From positions 155,930,001 through 155,994,000 of the forward strand of contig OX597817.1 of NCBI GenBank assembly GCA_951406725.2: a stretch of DNA of 64,000 nt. The letters run 5' to 3'. Shown piece by piece: positions 14,206-25,551 of this stretch. Every line of letters begins with the position of its first letter. Position 1 is the first letter of the stretch. This DNA is from Octopus vulgaris. Its lineage: Eukaryota. The notes under the pieces were generated by a model that saw only the letters and a program-made list of their open reading frames with translations, was not told the origin of the DNA and searched no databases. The translations under genes and the position numbers were made by a program.

Positions 14206-14929
14206 ATAAAAATAATAACAAGATTATCGACTCTTAACATAGCCATCATTTGATCAGGGGAGATAATTTACTTTAGGCTTTAGTAGAAGTGAGATGAATT
14301 AGCATTGAGAAGGAATCAAATCGCGACATGTTTTGCACTTATTCATTGTAACTATTTTATGAGAAAACAGTATTGCTGGAATCAGGTCTCCAACTGGCCA
14401 ATCACTTATTCACTGCATTTACGATAAAGAAAGTGTAAATGGGTTGTTTGTACAACTAGGGCGGAACAAATAAAACGGTTTATAGGTCTTCTTTTTTTTT
14501 CCCCAGATATTTACATCCTTCGTCGAAACATAAACACATACGCGCACTCATACACATACAAAAACAGACTCTGGTGTGAAGTCATGATTGAGTGGCAAAT
14601 GACTTCGCTTTGCAATCATGTGATTTCGAGCTCAGTCTTCACCGCACGGAACCTTCATTTGCAATAAATCCGACCCAAGACTATAGTAGGAAAACACTTG
14701 GGCCCAGGTGACACGCAGCGGGACGGGACCCGGAAACATGTGGTTGGGAAGCAAACTTCTTACCGCATAGCCATGCCTGTTTAAAAATGAATAAATTCAA
14801 GATTTTCTTGAGAGAAAATCTTAATTAAACACAAAAATCTTCACTTCTATATTTAAGAGATGAGGAATTACGTACATTATTTACTTTATTTACAATTGAC
14901 GGATATTTGTCCTCATCTTGTTTGTTGTT

Positions 14930-14975
14930 AATACAACGTTTCGGCTGATATACCCTCGAGCTTTCATCAGGTGTT
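14930..14975 (-). ncRNA. Minimal hammerhead motif, partly decayed stems
   Basis: Minus strand: ACAC CTGATGA aagctc gagggtatat cagcc GAAA CG TT GTAT. Confidence 0.55.
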
Positions 14976-15078
14976 TATTATTATCATCATCATCATCATT
15001 ATTCACGTCACTGCCTGAAGTCGAACTCGGAATCTTGGGGTTAGTAGCCCGCGTTCTTAACCACTACGCCATTTACCC

Positions 15079-15139
<61 letters not shown>

Positions 15140-15189
15140 GCATCGAAAAATACCTTAGGCATGATAACCCAGGTTCAAAATTTCCCCAA

Positions 15190-15236
15190 GACACCTGATG
15201 AAGGCTGGAGGGTATATTTAGCCGAAACGTTGTGTT
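15190..15236 (+). ncRNA. Minimal type I hammerhead ribozyme motif
   Basis: GACAC CTGATGA A GGCTG gagggtatat TTAGCC GAAA CG TT GTGTT; intact core, stem I GACAC/GTGTT, stem II GGCTG/TAGCC, palindromic AACGTT at stem III. Confidence 0.75.
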
Positions 15237-15530
15237 AACAACAAGATGAGGACAAATATCCGTCAATTGTTAATAATGTAAATTATGCAAATGATGCACA
15301 TAATTCCTCCTCTCTTAAATATTGAACTGTATTATCTAATCGGTACGGAGCCGACATTAGACTTCAATGGAGACATATAGAGAAACTCCATCCAAAACAA
15401 AAAAATCTTGTTTTAAAATATGAGATTCGGATATGCCTGATGAAAGAAAGTTTTCATGTAAGCGCTTTTAGTTGTTCTCAGCTTTTCAGATGCACGTGTG
15501 TTTGGAAAGCTGACAATAACGAAAGGAAAT

Positions 15531-15578
<48 letters not shown>

Positions 15579-15879
15579 TATACGTACATGCACATAAACA
15601 TATATACCTGCGCACGCGTAATGGGCTCCCATAGTTTCCGTCAGCCCAAATTCCTCTCTTGACATTTGCTCAAAATGAAGTATAGTGGGATGGAAACCGG
15701 AACCACATGCCAATCAAACATCCATCTGAACCACATACTCATGCCGTGAGCCTACCTCTTGTCCCACGTTCTTCTTCGCTGAGATTCCTAAGACATCTAA
15801 TACAGACAAGCATTGATAAACCCCGCCCTTTCAATTAGTAATTCTACACCAGTTCTGATAAACTGAGGTCTTTTTACAG

Positions 15880-16650
15880 GTAGTGCTGGTGGCGGTTGTG
15901 GTGGCGGTGGTGGTGGTGGTGATGGTGTTGGTGGTGTTGGTGTTGGTGTTGGTGGTGGCGGTGGTGATGGTGGTGTTGGTGTTGGTTGTAGTGTTGGTGG
16001 TGGTGGTGGTTGTGGTGGCGGTGTGGTGGCGGTGGTGGTGGCGGTGGTGGTGGTGGTGGCGGTTGTAGTGGCGGTGGTGGTGGCGGCTGTGGTGGTGGTG
16101 ATGGTGTTGGTGGTGTTGGTGTTGGTGTTGGTGGTGGCGGTGGTGATGGTGGTGTTGGTGTTGGTTGTAGTGTTGGTGGTGGTGGTGGTGGTGGTGGTGG
16201 TTGTGGTGGTGGTGGTGATGAGAATGATGATGGTGAGACGAAGGTGTCAGTGGTGTCAGTAGTTGTGGTGGTGATGGAAGAGGGTGATCGTGGAGGTGAT
16301 CGTAGTAGTGATGGTAGTGATGGTGGTTGTCATAGTGGTGGTGGTGGTGGTGGTGGTGATGGTGACGATGGTAGTGGTGGCGATGATGGTGGTGGTTGTA
16401 GTGGCGGTGGTATTCATTGTTGTAACGGTGAGATGATGGTGGTGGTGGTGGTGGTAGTAGTAGTGATAATTGTAGCGGTGGTGGTGGTGGTGGTGGTGGT
16501 GGTGGCGGTAGTAGTGGCAATTGTGAAGATGATGGTGATAACGCCGATAATAGTTGAAGCGATGGTAGTATTGGCAATGATAATAGTGGTGATTTTGATA
16601 TTGATGTTAGTGTTGGTGATGGTGATAGTGGTGGTGGTGGTGGTGGTGGT
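15880..16650. repeat. (GGT/GTT/GAT)n low-complexity trinucleotide region
   Basis: Direct inspection. Confidence 0.93.
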
Positions 16651-17002
16651 TAGCTCCAGATCGACCAACACCGTCCATAAAAATCTATCTTCTACCTTCT
16701 TCTGGTTTCAGTCATTGGATTGCAGCCATGCCGGGGCACCGCTTTGAAGGGTTTTTAGCCGAAGAAAAACGACTTCAGAACACATGAACACAATTTAAAA
16801 AAAAAAAAAAAAAATGTCCGCTACTTGATCTATCGGGTGCTTTTGCAGAACTGTTAGTTCATGGGGACGTAAACAAACCAACACCGGTTGTCAAGTGGTG
16901 TCGGGTGACAAACACAAGCACAAAGCCACGCACGCATAGACATACACACACACATACACACATACACACATACACACATTCATTCATTCATACATACATA
17001 CA

Positions 17003-17033
<31 letters not shown>

Positions 17034-17235
17034 GTTCTTTTCCGTTAGGTAGATGATAGTGATTGTTACTGTTGCTACTAATGTTGCTTCCGCTGCTACT
17101 GCTACTGCTGCTACTGCTACTGCTGCTGCTGCTGCTGCTTGTGGTGTTGTCGTTGGTGGTGGTCAGCTCCAGGTCTTGAAGACCTATGATGAAAAATATT
17201 CTTTCGGCCGTGACCATCTGGCATTTTCCCCACTC

Positions 17236-17432
17236 TCTCTTTACTCTTTTACTTGTTTCAGTCATTTGACTGCGGCCATGCTGGAGCACCGCCTTTAGTC
17301 GAGCAAATCGACCCCGGGACTTATTCTTTGTAAGCCCAGTACTTATTCTATCGGTCTCTTTTGCCGAACCGCTAAGTGACGGGGACGTAAACACACCAGC
17401 ATCGGTTGTCAAGCAATGCTAGGGGGCAAACA

Positions 17433-17525
<93 letters not shown>

Positions 17526-17687
17526 GACAGGCTTCTTTCAGTTTCCGTCTACCAAATCCACTCACAAGGCATTGGTCGGCCCGGGGCTATAGCAGGAAAC
17601 ACTTGCCCAAGATGCTACGCAGTGGGACTGAACCCGGAACCATGTGGCTGGTTAGCAAGCTACTTACCACACAGCCACTCCTGCGCC
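17236..17687 (-). mobile_element. SINE family A, full length
   Basis: Near-identical to the reverse complement of 62638-63040. Confidence 0.92.
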
Positions 17688-17904
17688 AATATGCAGGGAA
17701 CCAAAGCCCACATCAACAAATGTATCTCTGAAGACGGTAGGGTGTGCGTTTTAGGGAATTTTAGTGATTATTTCTAGCAGATCGAGTGATCACATAGAGG
17801 CTCCTTCGTTGGTAGGTGGAGTTAGTGATTATAATGGTGATGATAGGTTTTGTGTGTTATGGTATGGTTATTTTGGTGGTTTTGATGGTGGTGTATCCGG
17901 TGGT

Positions 17905-17987
17905 GATAGCAGTAGTAGCAGTAGCAGCAGCAGCAGTAATAGTAGTAGAAGCAGCAGCAGTAGTAGTAGTAGTAGTAGTAGTAGTAA

Positions 17988-18026
<39 letters not shown>

Positions 18027-18171
18027 CAGTAGTAGTAGCAGTAGTAGTAACAGCAGCAGCGGTAGCAGTAGCAGTAGCAGTAGTAGTACTAGTAGTAGCA
18101 GTAGTAGTAGTAGCAGCAGCAGTAGTAGTAGTAGTATTAGCAGTAGGAGTAGTAGCGGTAGTAGTAGTAGC

Positions 18172-18206
<35 letters not shown>

Positions 18207-18492
18207 CAGCAGCGGTAGCAGTAGCAGTAGCAGTAGTAGTACTAGTAGTAGCAATAGTAGTAGTAGCAGCAGTAGTAGCAGTAGTAGTAGTATTAGCAGT
18301 AGTAGTAGTAGCAGCAGCAGTAGTAGTATTAGCAGTAGTAGTAGTAGTGGTAGTAGTAGTAGCAGCAGCAGCAGCAGTAGTAGTAGTATTAGCAGTAGTA
18401 GTAGTAGTAGCGGTAGTAGTAGTAGTAGTAGTAGTAGTAACAGCAGCAGCCACAACAACAGCAGCAGCAGCAGTAGTAGTAGTAGTAGTAGT
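17905..18492. repeat. (AGT/AGC)n trinucleotide repeat
   Basis: Direct inspection; source of the poly-Ser ORF. Confidence 0.96.
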
Positions 18493-18776
18493 ATGTAGTG
18501 TGGCAGAGATGATGGGAGAGCAAGCGGAGGGAGGGTTTGGAAACAGCTCATTTCATGACATTTGGAGTTAAATATCATGCAGACAACTGCGTGCTTTAAT
18601 GGTGAATGGGTTAATAACTGCAACAACACCACCACCACCACCACCAACAACAACAACTACAAAAGAAAAACCCATAAAAACAAAAATTGCAATAGTAAGG
18701 AAAACAACAATGACAAGAAGAGCAACACCACAAACAGGAACCTTAATAACAAGGGGCGATAACAATAAGAACAATA

Positions 18777-19580
18777 GGCGCAGGAGTGGATGTGTGGTAA
18801 GTAGCTTGCTTACCAACCACATAGTTCCGGGTTCAGTCCCACTGCGTGGCACCTTGGGCAAGTGTCTTCTACTATTGCCTCGGGCCGACCAAAGCCTTGT
18901 GAGTGGATTTGGTAGACGGAAACTGAAAGAAGCCTGTCGTATATATGTATATATATATACTCTTTTACTTGTTTCAGTCATTTGACTGCGGCCATGCTGG
19001 AGCACCGCCTTTTTAGTCGAGCAAATCGACCCCGGGACTTATTCTTTGTAAGCCCAGTACTTATTCTATCGGTCTCTTTTGCCGAACCGCTAAGTGACGG
19101 GGACGTAAACACACCAGCATCGGTTGTCAAGCAATGCTACGGGGACAAACACACACACACACATACACATATATACATATATATACATATATACGACAGG
19201 CTTCTTTCAGTTTCCGTCTACCAAATCCACTCACAAGGCATTGGTCGGCCCGGGGCTATAGCAGAAGACACTCGCTCAAGATGCCACGCAGTGGGACTGA
19301 ACCCGGAACCATGTGGTTGGTTAGCAAGCTACTTACCACACAGCCACATATATATATATATGCGTGTGTGTGTTTGTGTGTCTGTGTTTGTCCCCCTAGC
19401 ATTGCTTGACAATCGATGCTGGTGTGTTTATGTTCCCCGTTACTTAGCGGTTCGGCAGAAGAGACCAATAGAATAAGTACTGGGCTTACAAAAGAATAAG
19501 TCCCAGGGTCGAGTTTGCTCGATTAAAGGCGGTGCTCCAGCACGGCCACAGTCAAATGACTGAAACAAGTAAAAGAGTAG
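18777..19580. mobile_element. SINE A (plus) with a second SINE A (minus, 18958-19348) inserted in its TA linker
   Basis: Plus-strand 5' half at 18777-18945 and 3' half at 19360-19580 flank an inverted copy. Confidence 0.88.
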
Positions 19581-19750
19581 AATAACGATAATAACTTAAA
19601 AAATAGCAACAACAATAACAACGACAACAACAAAAACAATAACAAAAACTACAATAATAATAACAATATCAATAACGAGAACAAGAACAAGAACAACAGT
19701 AACAGCAGCAACAGAAGCAGCAGCGGTAGCAGCAGCAGCAGCAGCACCAG

Positions 19751-20112
19751 TGGAGGCGCAATGGCCCAGTGGTTAGGGCAGCGGACTCGCTGTCATAGGA
19801 TCGCGGTTTCGATTCTCAGACCGGGCGTTGTGTGTATTTATTGAACGAAAAACACCTAAAGCTCCACGAGGCTCCGGCAGGGGGTGGTGGCGACCCCTGT
19901 TGTACTCTTTCGCTCCAGCTTTCTCTCACTCTTTCTTCCTGTTTCTTATCCCCGACTTCCTACGCAACCGCTGAGCCTGGATGCACATTCATCCATCCGT
20001 CGATGCTCTCGGTGTCGGGAGGTTGACCTGCTTTCTCTTCTGCGAGTCTTACGAATAGCAAAGGACCAACGTTTCGGACTTCTCCCACTCTGGGACGAAG
20101 ACCGCTACGCTC
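19751..20112 (+). mobile_element. SINE family C head with a third type of 3' tail
   Basis: Head GGAGGCGCAATGGCCCAGTGGTTAGGGCAGCGGACTCG; diverges from other C copies after about 19945. Confidence 0.82.
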
Positions 20113-20474
20113 AACAGCAACAGCAGCAGCAGCACCAGTAGCAGCAGCAGCATGCATTCTAACAGGCACTATAAGCCAGCAAGGTAGCCTCTTCTTGGTA
20201 GCTCGATGAACAGGACATAGCAGTCAAATCTCCCTCAAACGATTCGGATGGTTGATGGTGATAGTGGTGGTGGTTAGCTCCAGATCAACCACCACCGTCC
20301 ATAAAAATCTCCGTGCAAGCGATATAAACAAAACAGCGTTTTGTCCTAAAATGCCAATATGAGAGTTTCCCTCGTGATAAATACCGCAGTATAGTTTGTT
20401 CTAACAGAGCATCCACATTTAAGTGAAGATAAATATTATATCACGGTATTAATACTGTCTATGTCGCTAATACA

Positions 20475-20870
20475 TCTTTATATATAAAAGTGAAGTTGTG
20501 TGTCTGTCTCCTACGATTTAGATTCCTAACTACTCCCACATTTTGCGGTGCAGTTTAACCAAAATCGGGTATCTTATAGTTGTGATTCATATCGAGCCCT
20601 TCTGGGTATTAGCGCGCGTCTACGATGAGTCTACGATTAAAAAAAAAATTACCATCATTTTTTTCCATTTTAATGCATTTTTTCGCTATTATATAAGGGA
20701 AGTATCTCTCTAAAAAATGTCTACGATGAGTCAACGATTTAAAAAAAAATTTGCCATCATATTTTTTCCATTTTTAATGCATTTTTTGCTATTTTTTGGC
20801 TATAACTCTCTAAAAATGCTTTTTAGTTATTTCCCTTACAAACCCGAGCAACGCCGGGCGATACTGCTAG
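20475..20870 (+). mobile_element. Non-autonomous Helitron
   Basis: 5' TC, 3' CTAG, subterminal hairpin CCCGAGCAACGCCGGG, inserted between A and T; copies at 36710 and 49391. Confidence 0.88.
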
Positions 20871-21007
20871 TATTTCATAAAAGATCAGTGGTTCTCAACC
20901 ATCTTTAAATTGTGAAACCCCTTTGATTCCCATTTTACACGGAAGGACCCTCATAGCCATTCGATGTTTGAAAAAATCCTACTATATTTTTACAACTAAA
21001 TATTCAT

Positions 21008-21610
21008 TTCTACTCCAGGTGCAAAGCCCGAAATTTTTTTTGGGGGGGGGGGGGCAGTCGATTAGATCCATCCCAGTACGCAACTGGTACTTAATTTATC
21101 GAGCTCCGAACGGATGAAAGGCAAAGTCGACCTCGGCAGAATTTGAACTCTTAACATAAAGACAGACGAAATACCGCTAAGCATTTCGCCCGGCGTGCTA
21201 ACGTTTCTTTTTTCTTTATTGCCCACAAGGGGCTAAACATAGAGGAGACAAACAAGGACAGACAAACGGATTAAGTCGATTATATCGACCCCCAGTGCGT
21301 AACTGGTACTTATTTAATCAACCTCGAAAGGATGAAAGGCAAAGTCGACCTCGGCGGAATTTGAACTCACAACATAGCGGCAGACGAAATACCTATTTCT
21401 TTACTACCCACAATGGGCTAAACACAAAGAGGATAAGCAAGGACAGACAAACGGATTAAGTCGATTATATCAACCCCAGTGCGTAACTGGTACTTATTTA
21501 ATCGACCCCGAAAGGATGAAAGGCAAAGTCGACCTCGGCGGAATTTGAACTCAGAAATACCGCTAAGCATTTCGCCTGGCGTACTAACGTTTCTGCCAGC
21601 TCGTCGCCTT
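21008..21610 (-). mobile_element. SINE B tandem trimer
   Basis: Three consecutive copies of the conserved core. Confidence 0.88.
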
Positions 21611-21679
21611 TTTACAATTAAATATTGACAATTGACAATTCTCTTAATCCCTTGGGGCTAGGGGTTTCGTTGAGGCGCT

Positions 21680-22037
21680 GCAGTCATGCAGCGCATCTCG
21701 GGCGAGAAAGCCTGGCTGAGCCCATTCCTCTCCAGGCTAAATCCATTTCTACAGCTGAGTGGACAGGAGCAACGTGAAATGAAGTGTTTTGCTCAAAATC
21801 ACAACAGATCATCCGGTTCAGGGATCGAAACCACAATCTGACGATCTTGAATCCAACACCCTAACCACTAAGCGACGCGCCTCCACTTGTGGTACTCATT
21901 TCTACAGCTGAGTGGACTAGAGCAACGTGAAGTAAAGTGTTTACTCAAGAACAGAACGCATCGCCTGATCCAGGAATCGAAACCACAATCTTACGATAGT
22001 GAGTCCAACACCCTAACCACTAAACCACGCGCCTCCA
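21680..22037 (-). mobile_element. Two tandem CORE-type SINE D-related copies
   Basis: CATTTCTACAGCTGAGTGGAC...CCCTAACCACTAA..CGCGCCTCCAC present twice. Confidence 0.8.
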
Positions 22038-22058
22038 CTAATTAAATATTAGGAACTA

Positions 22059-22576
22059 TTGGGTTGTCCAGAAAGTTCATGCCGATTTTTAAAGAAAAGA
22101 AAAAGGTCAATAAATACTTGCCATTACATTTTTAAACAACCGAATATGAACCATTTTGTTGCACAATGCGTCTCCATCTTTCCTTTAACTTGAAAATACC
22201 CTCTTCCCCGAATTGAGGTGGTTTCATAGCAAAGAATTCATCAAGGTATATTTTTACGTCATCCAAGGAATTGAAATTTTTACCATTAAGACTATTCTGC
22301 AGAGACCTGAATAAGTGGAAATCCGAAGGAGCAACATCTGGTGAATATGGAGGGTGGGGGTAACACATCCCAGCCGAGCTTTCTTATCTTCCATTTTAAA
22401 GGGTTACAGAATTAACACAGGTTATAGGAACATAAACCTTCTTCCATGGAAAGATAGCTTAAACTGTGCTCTAAATGGAGGTGTAGTCAAATCCTGTTTT
22501 ATGCACTCAACCATGTTCTAAAATAAGTCGAAAGGTAAGCTACTATAAATCGGCACAAACTTTCCGGACAACCCAA
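22059..22576 (-). mobile_element. Internally deleted mariner element
   Basis: TIRs TTGGGTTGTCCAGAAAGTTCATGCCGATTT / AAATCGGCACAAACTTTCCGGACAACCCAA with TA flanks; ORF 22132-22368 contains HPPYSPDVAPSDFHLF. Confidence 0.93.
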
Positions 22577-22859
22577 TATATAAAAAAGTTATTAAAATAT
22601 TTTGTTTATTGTACAAGTATAAGGAATTTATTGTACACAAATTTTAACATCAAAATCTTATATGGACCCACCAAGGGTCATGTGAACCCCGGTTGAGAAC
22701 CACTGCTTTAGATAATGTAATCCTGGCTTTCATGCATATAGAGAAAAAGAAGGGATAGTCACGGCTGGAATACCTTTAACCATGTTTCTGCTCGATAGTG
22801 GTTCACCTGGGGTTGAACAGCAATTCACTATCACGATGTAGGCACAATGCCACTCACAG

Positions 22860-22946
<87 letters not shown>

Positions 22947-23146
22947 AGGTGTTAGGTGTGTAGCCAATTTAATCGATCTCAATACTTGATAGGTATTTAT
23001 TCTATCGACCTAAGGAGAAATGAAAGGTCAAAACGATCCCATTGTAATTTGAACCTCAGAACATAATTAGACACTGCGAAGCATGTAATCTGATGCGTTA
23101 CCATTTTCAACGAAAATGGTAATGATAATGATAATATTAATACTAG

Positions 23147-23191
<45 letters not shown>

Positions 23192-23399
23192 CGATGACGA
23201 TGACGATAATGATGATGATGATGACGACGACGACGACGACGATGACTAATATGATAATAGTAGTGGTAGTGGTGTTGGTGTTGGTGATGATGATGATGTA
23301 TTGTTTACTAAGCACTAACATTTGACAATGATTGCAAACGATACAGGGCGATACAGTGCAGGATTACATAACGTATAAACAAGATAACGAAAATATAAA

Positions 23400-23705
23400 T
23401 AAAATAAAAAAACAAAAAAAGCAAAGAAAAATTCTCCCACAATTGGTGAGATTTCCCAGAGTTACATATAGAAACCCCAGAAAACTGCGGTCACCCTGAC
23501 CTTTAAGGCAAAGTGCCATCTCCCAGTTATCCTTCTCCAAATTTCAGGCGCATGCCCAGAGCAGGGCTGCTTACCCGGATCATGCACGTCTCTTTCATCC
23601 CCCTTTCAGCAAATTTGCTGGGGGACAGCACCTCACTCTCCACCCGTATCTTTTCCGTCAAGGCCCTTACAACATAAAAACTACCTGCATTTCTCCATAA
23701 TAATT
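23400..23705 (-). mobile_element. Possible Tx1/L1-like LINE 3' remnant
   Basis: Minus-strand peptide LTEKIRVESEVLS resembles Tx1-type ORF2 C-termini (from memory); degenerate. Confidence 0.35.
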
Positions 23706-23873
23706 TCTAACATGATAGGCGTAGGAGTGGCTGAGTGGTAAGTAGCTTGCTTACGAACCATATGGTTCCGGGTTCAGCCCCACTGCGTGGCACCTTGGGC
23801 AAATGTCTTCTACTCGGGCCGACCAAAGCTTTGTGAGTGGATTTGGTAGACGGAAAGAAGCCCGTCGCATATA

Positions 23874-25443
23874 TTTTCAAACAAGATGATGGTCGTGAAC
23901 CCCCTCCATTTGATAGATCGGTACCTCCAATGCTTCGATTGATCATCACGCGGGACCAAGTCAAACGTGTTATTCAAGGCCTCGATGTCAACAAGGGTCA
24001 CGGCCCTGACGGCATACACCCACGGGTTATCAAAGCGTTGGCTCCGGTCATCTGCGAGCCCTTAACACGACTATTCAATATGTCATTGGCGACGGGTGTT
24101 ATACCTGCAGACTGGAGAACAGCGATAATCTGCCCAATTTTCAAGAAAGGGAGCCGCGAAGACCCGCTTAACTACCGACCGGTTTCCCTTACATCAATAA
24201 TCAGCAAGATGTTCGAGCCATCCTTAAGAAAAGTATGATGCTCCACCTCCTAAACACAGCCTCGATCACTGATTCCCAACACGGCTTCGTGCCGAAGAGA
24301 TCATGCTTGACCAACTTACTAGTAATGGAAGAATTGGTGACGCGCATCCTCGATGATAGTGATGCTGTTGACATCGTTTTATTGGACTTTGCCAAAGCTT
24401 TTGACTCGGTAAACCACCGCCTACTACTTGTCAAGCTTCAAGCATATAGTTTCCATCCGGATATTGTACGATGGGTTGGTGCCTTCCTCTCAGATCGCTC
24501 CTTCCAAGTTCAAGTTAATGGTTCGCGGTCCGACGTCTCCAGTGCGAGCAGTGGCGTGCCTCAAGGTTCAGTGCTTGGGCCCTTGTTGTTCTTAGTCTTC
24601 ATAAATGACTTGCCCGACGACCTCACGCAACACACCCTTCTATTTGCCGACGATATCAAACTGGTCGCTCCTCGCGGTAGTATAGAGGATCTTCGTCGAT
24701 GCCTCCACCAAATTTGGAAGTGGTCTAACGATTGGGACCTATGTCTGAACGTGTCAAAGTGCTGTCATCTGCCTGTCGGCTCTACTCCTGCAACTCAACT
24801 TGATTTCGAGCCGGGTCGTCTGCTGCTGGAGAGGACCGATCAGGTAAAGGACCTGGGTATCTTGGTGGATTCCTCCTTTTCGCCTTCGGCCCAGTGCGTC
24901 CATGCTGCCAACAAAGCGCGCGGAATTCTGTTTTTGATTCGACGGTCATTCGGAATGCTCACAGCAGCTATATTCCTGCCACTCTATGTCACGCTGGTGA
25001 GACCCATATTGGAGTATGGGATTCAAGCCTCTTCTCCTTATCTCCTCAAAGACATACAGCACCTCGAAAGAGTCCAGAGGCTGGCTACCCGCATGGTTCA
25101 TGGTCTCAAAAATTTGTCCTACGAAGAAAGGCTGAGGACGCTCGACCTTTATTCTCTTGAAAAACGCCGCCGCCGTGGTGATCTCATTCTCGCCCACAAC
25201 ATCATAAGCGGGAAGTGTAACCTCTCGAAAGAGCTGTTCTTCACTCCTGCTCCGGAGCGTCGGCTGCGGGGTCATTCCGAAAAGCTCTACCTGCGACGAT
25301 TTCATCTCAATCGAAGGAGAGGAGCTTTCTCCGTCCGGGTTGCGGATCCGTGGAACAAGCTGCCAGACGAGATGGTGAAGATGCCGACGACCGCTTTGTT
25401 CAAAGCCTCCCTGGACCTCAAGTGGCCTGAACTCTTTACATGA
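23874..25443 (+). pseudogene. LINE ORF2 reverse transcriptase, one frameshift near 24215, endonuclease absent
   Basis: ORFs 23837-24238 and 24235-25443 join by adding one base (SKMFE/AILKKSMML). Confidence 0.92.
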
Positions 25444-25514
25444 ACACCACCCTGTACTTAACTCCATGTCCCCCTACATGGCCTTGCTATTTGCTTTTGA
25501 GCCAAATTAACTAG

Positions 25515-25551
<37 letters not shown>
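23874..25551 (+). mobile_element. 5'-truncated CR1-type LINE with (TAAC)n tail
   Basis: KGHGPDGI, NYRPVSLTS, QHGF, DFAKAFDSV, GVPQGSVLGPLLF, LFADD and LEKRRRRGDLI motifs; stop at 25443, short 3' UTR, tandem TAAC tail. Confidence 0.95.

Larger units (their letters stand above)
14842..15329. mobile_element. Family E element (minus, 14842-15078) with a head-to-head inverted copy of its tail (plus, 15140-15329)
   Basis: Arms are imperfect reverse complements; tRNA-like head at 15003-15078 (minus: TGGCGTAGTGG, GAGTTCGAC); one HHR motif per arm. Confidence 0.85.
20886..22705. mobile_element. hAT (Charlie-like) MITE split by nested insertions
   Basis: 15-bp TIR CAGTGGTTCTCAACC / GGTTGAGAACCACTG; flanking 8-mers match only partly (TAAAAGAT vs CTTTAGAT). 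Confidence 0.7.

Noticed and set aside
15430-15480. CTGATGA hammerhead box
   Set aside because: No stem II followed by GAAA and no stem I partner
15831-18656. Gly-rich, His-rich and poly-Ser ORFs of about 250 aa
   Set aside because: Trinucleotide repeats lacking stops; no domain or splice evidence
19751-19825. tRNA gene calls for SINE heads (also near 40620 and 62638)
   Set aside because: A/B boxes present, but no proper acceptor stem, and each continues into a repeated SINE body
21008-21610. CRISPR-like repeat array
   Set aside because: Units are about 180-bp whole repeats without unique spacers; eukaryotic context, no cas genes
24946-25467. 173-aa antisense ORF and 88-aa overlapping ORF
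   Set aside because: Shadow frames of the LINE RT
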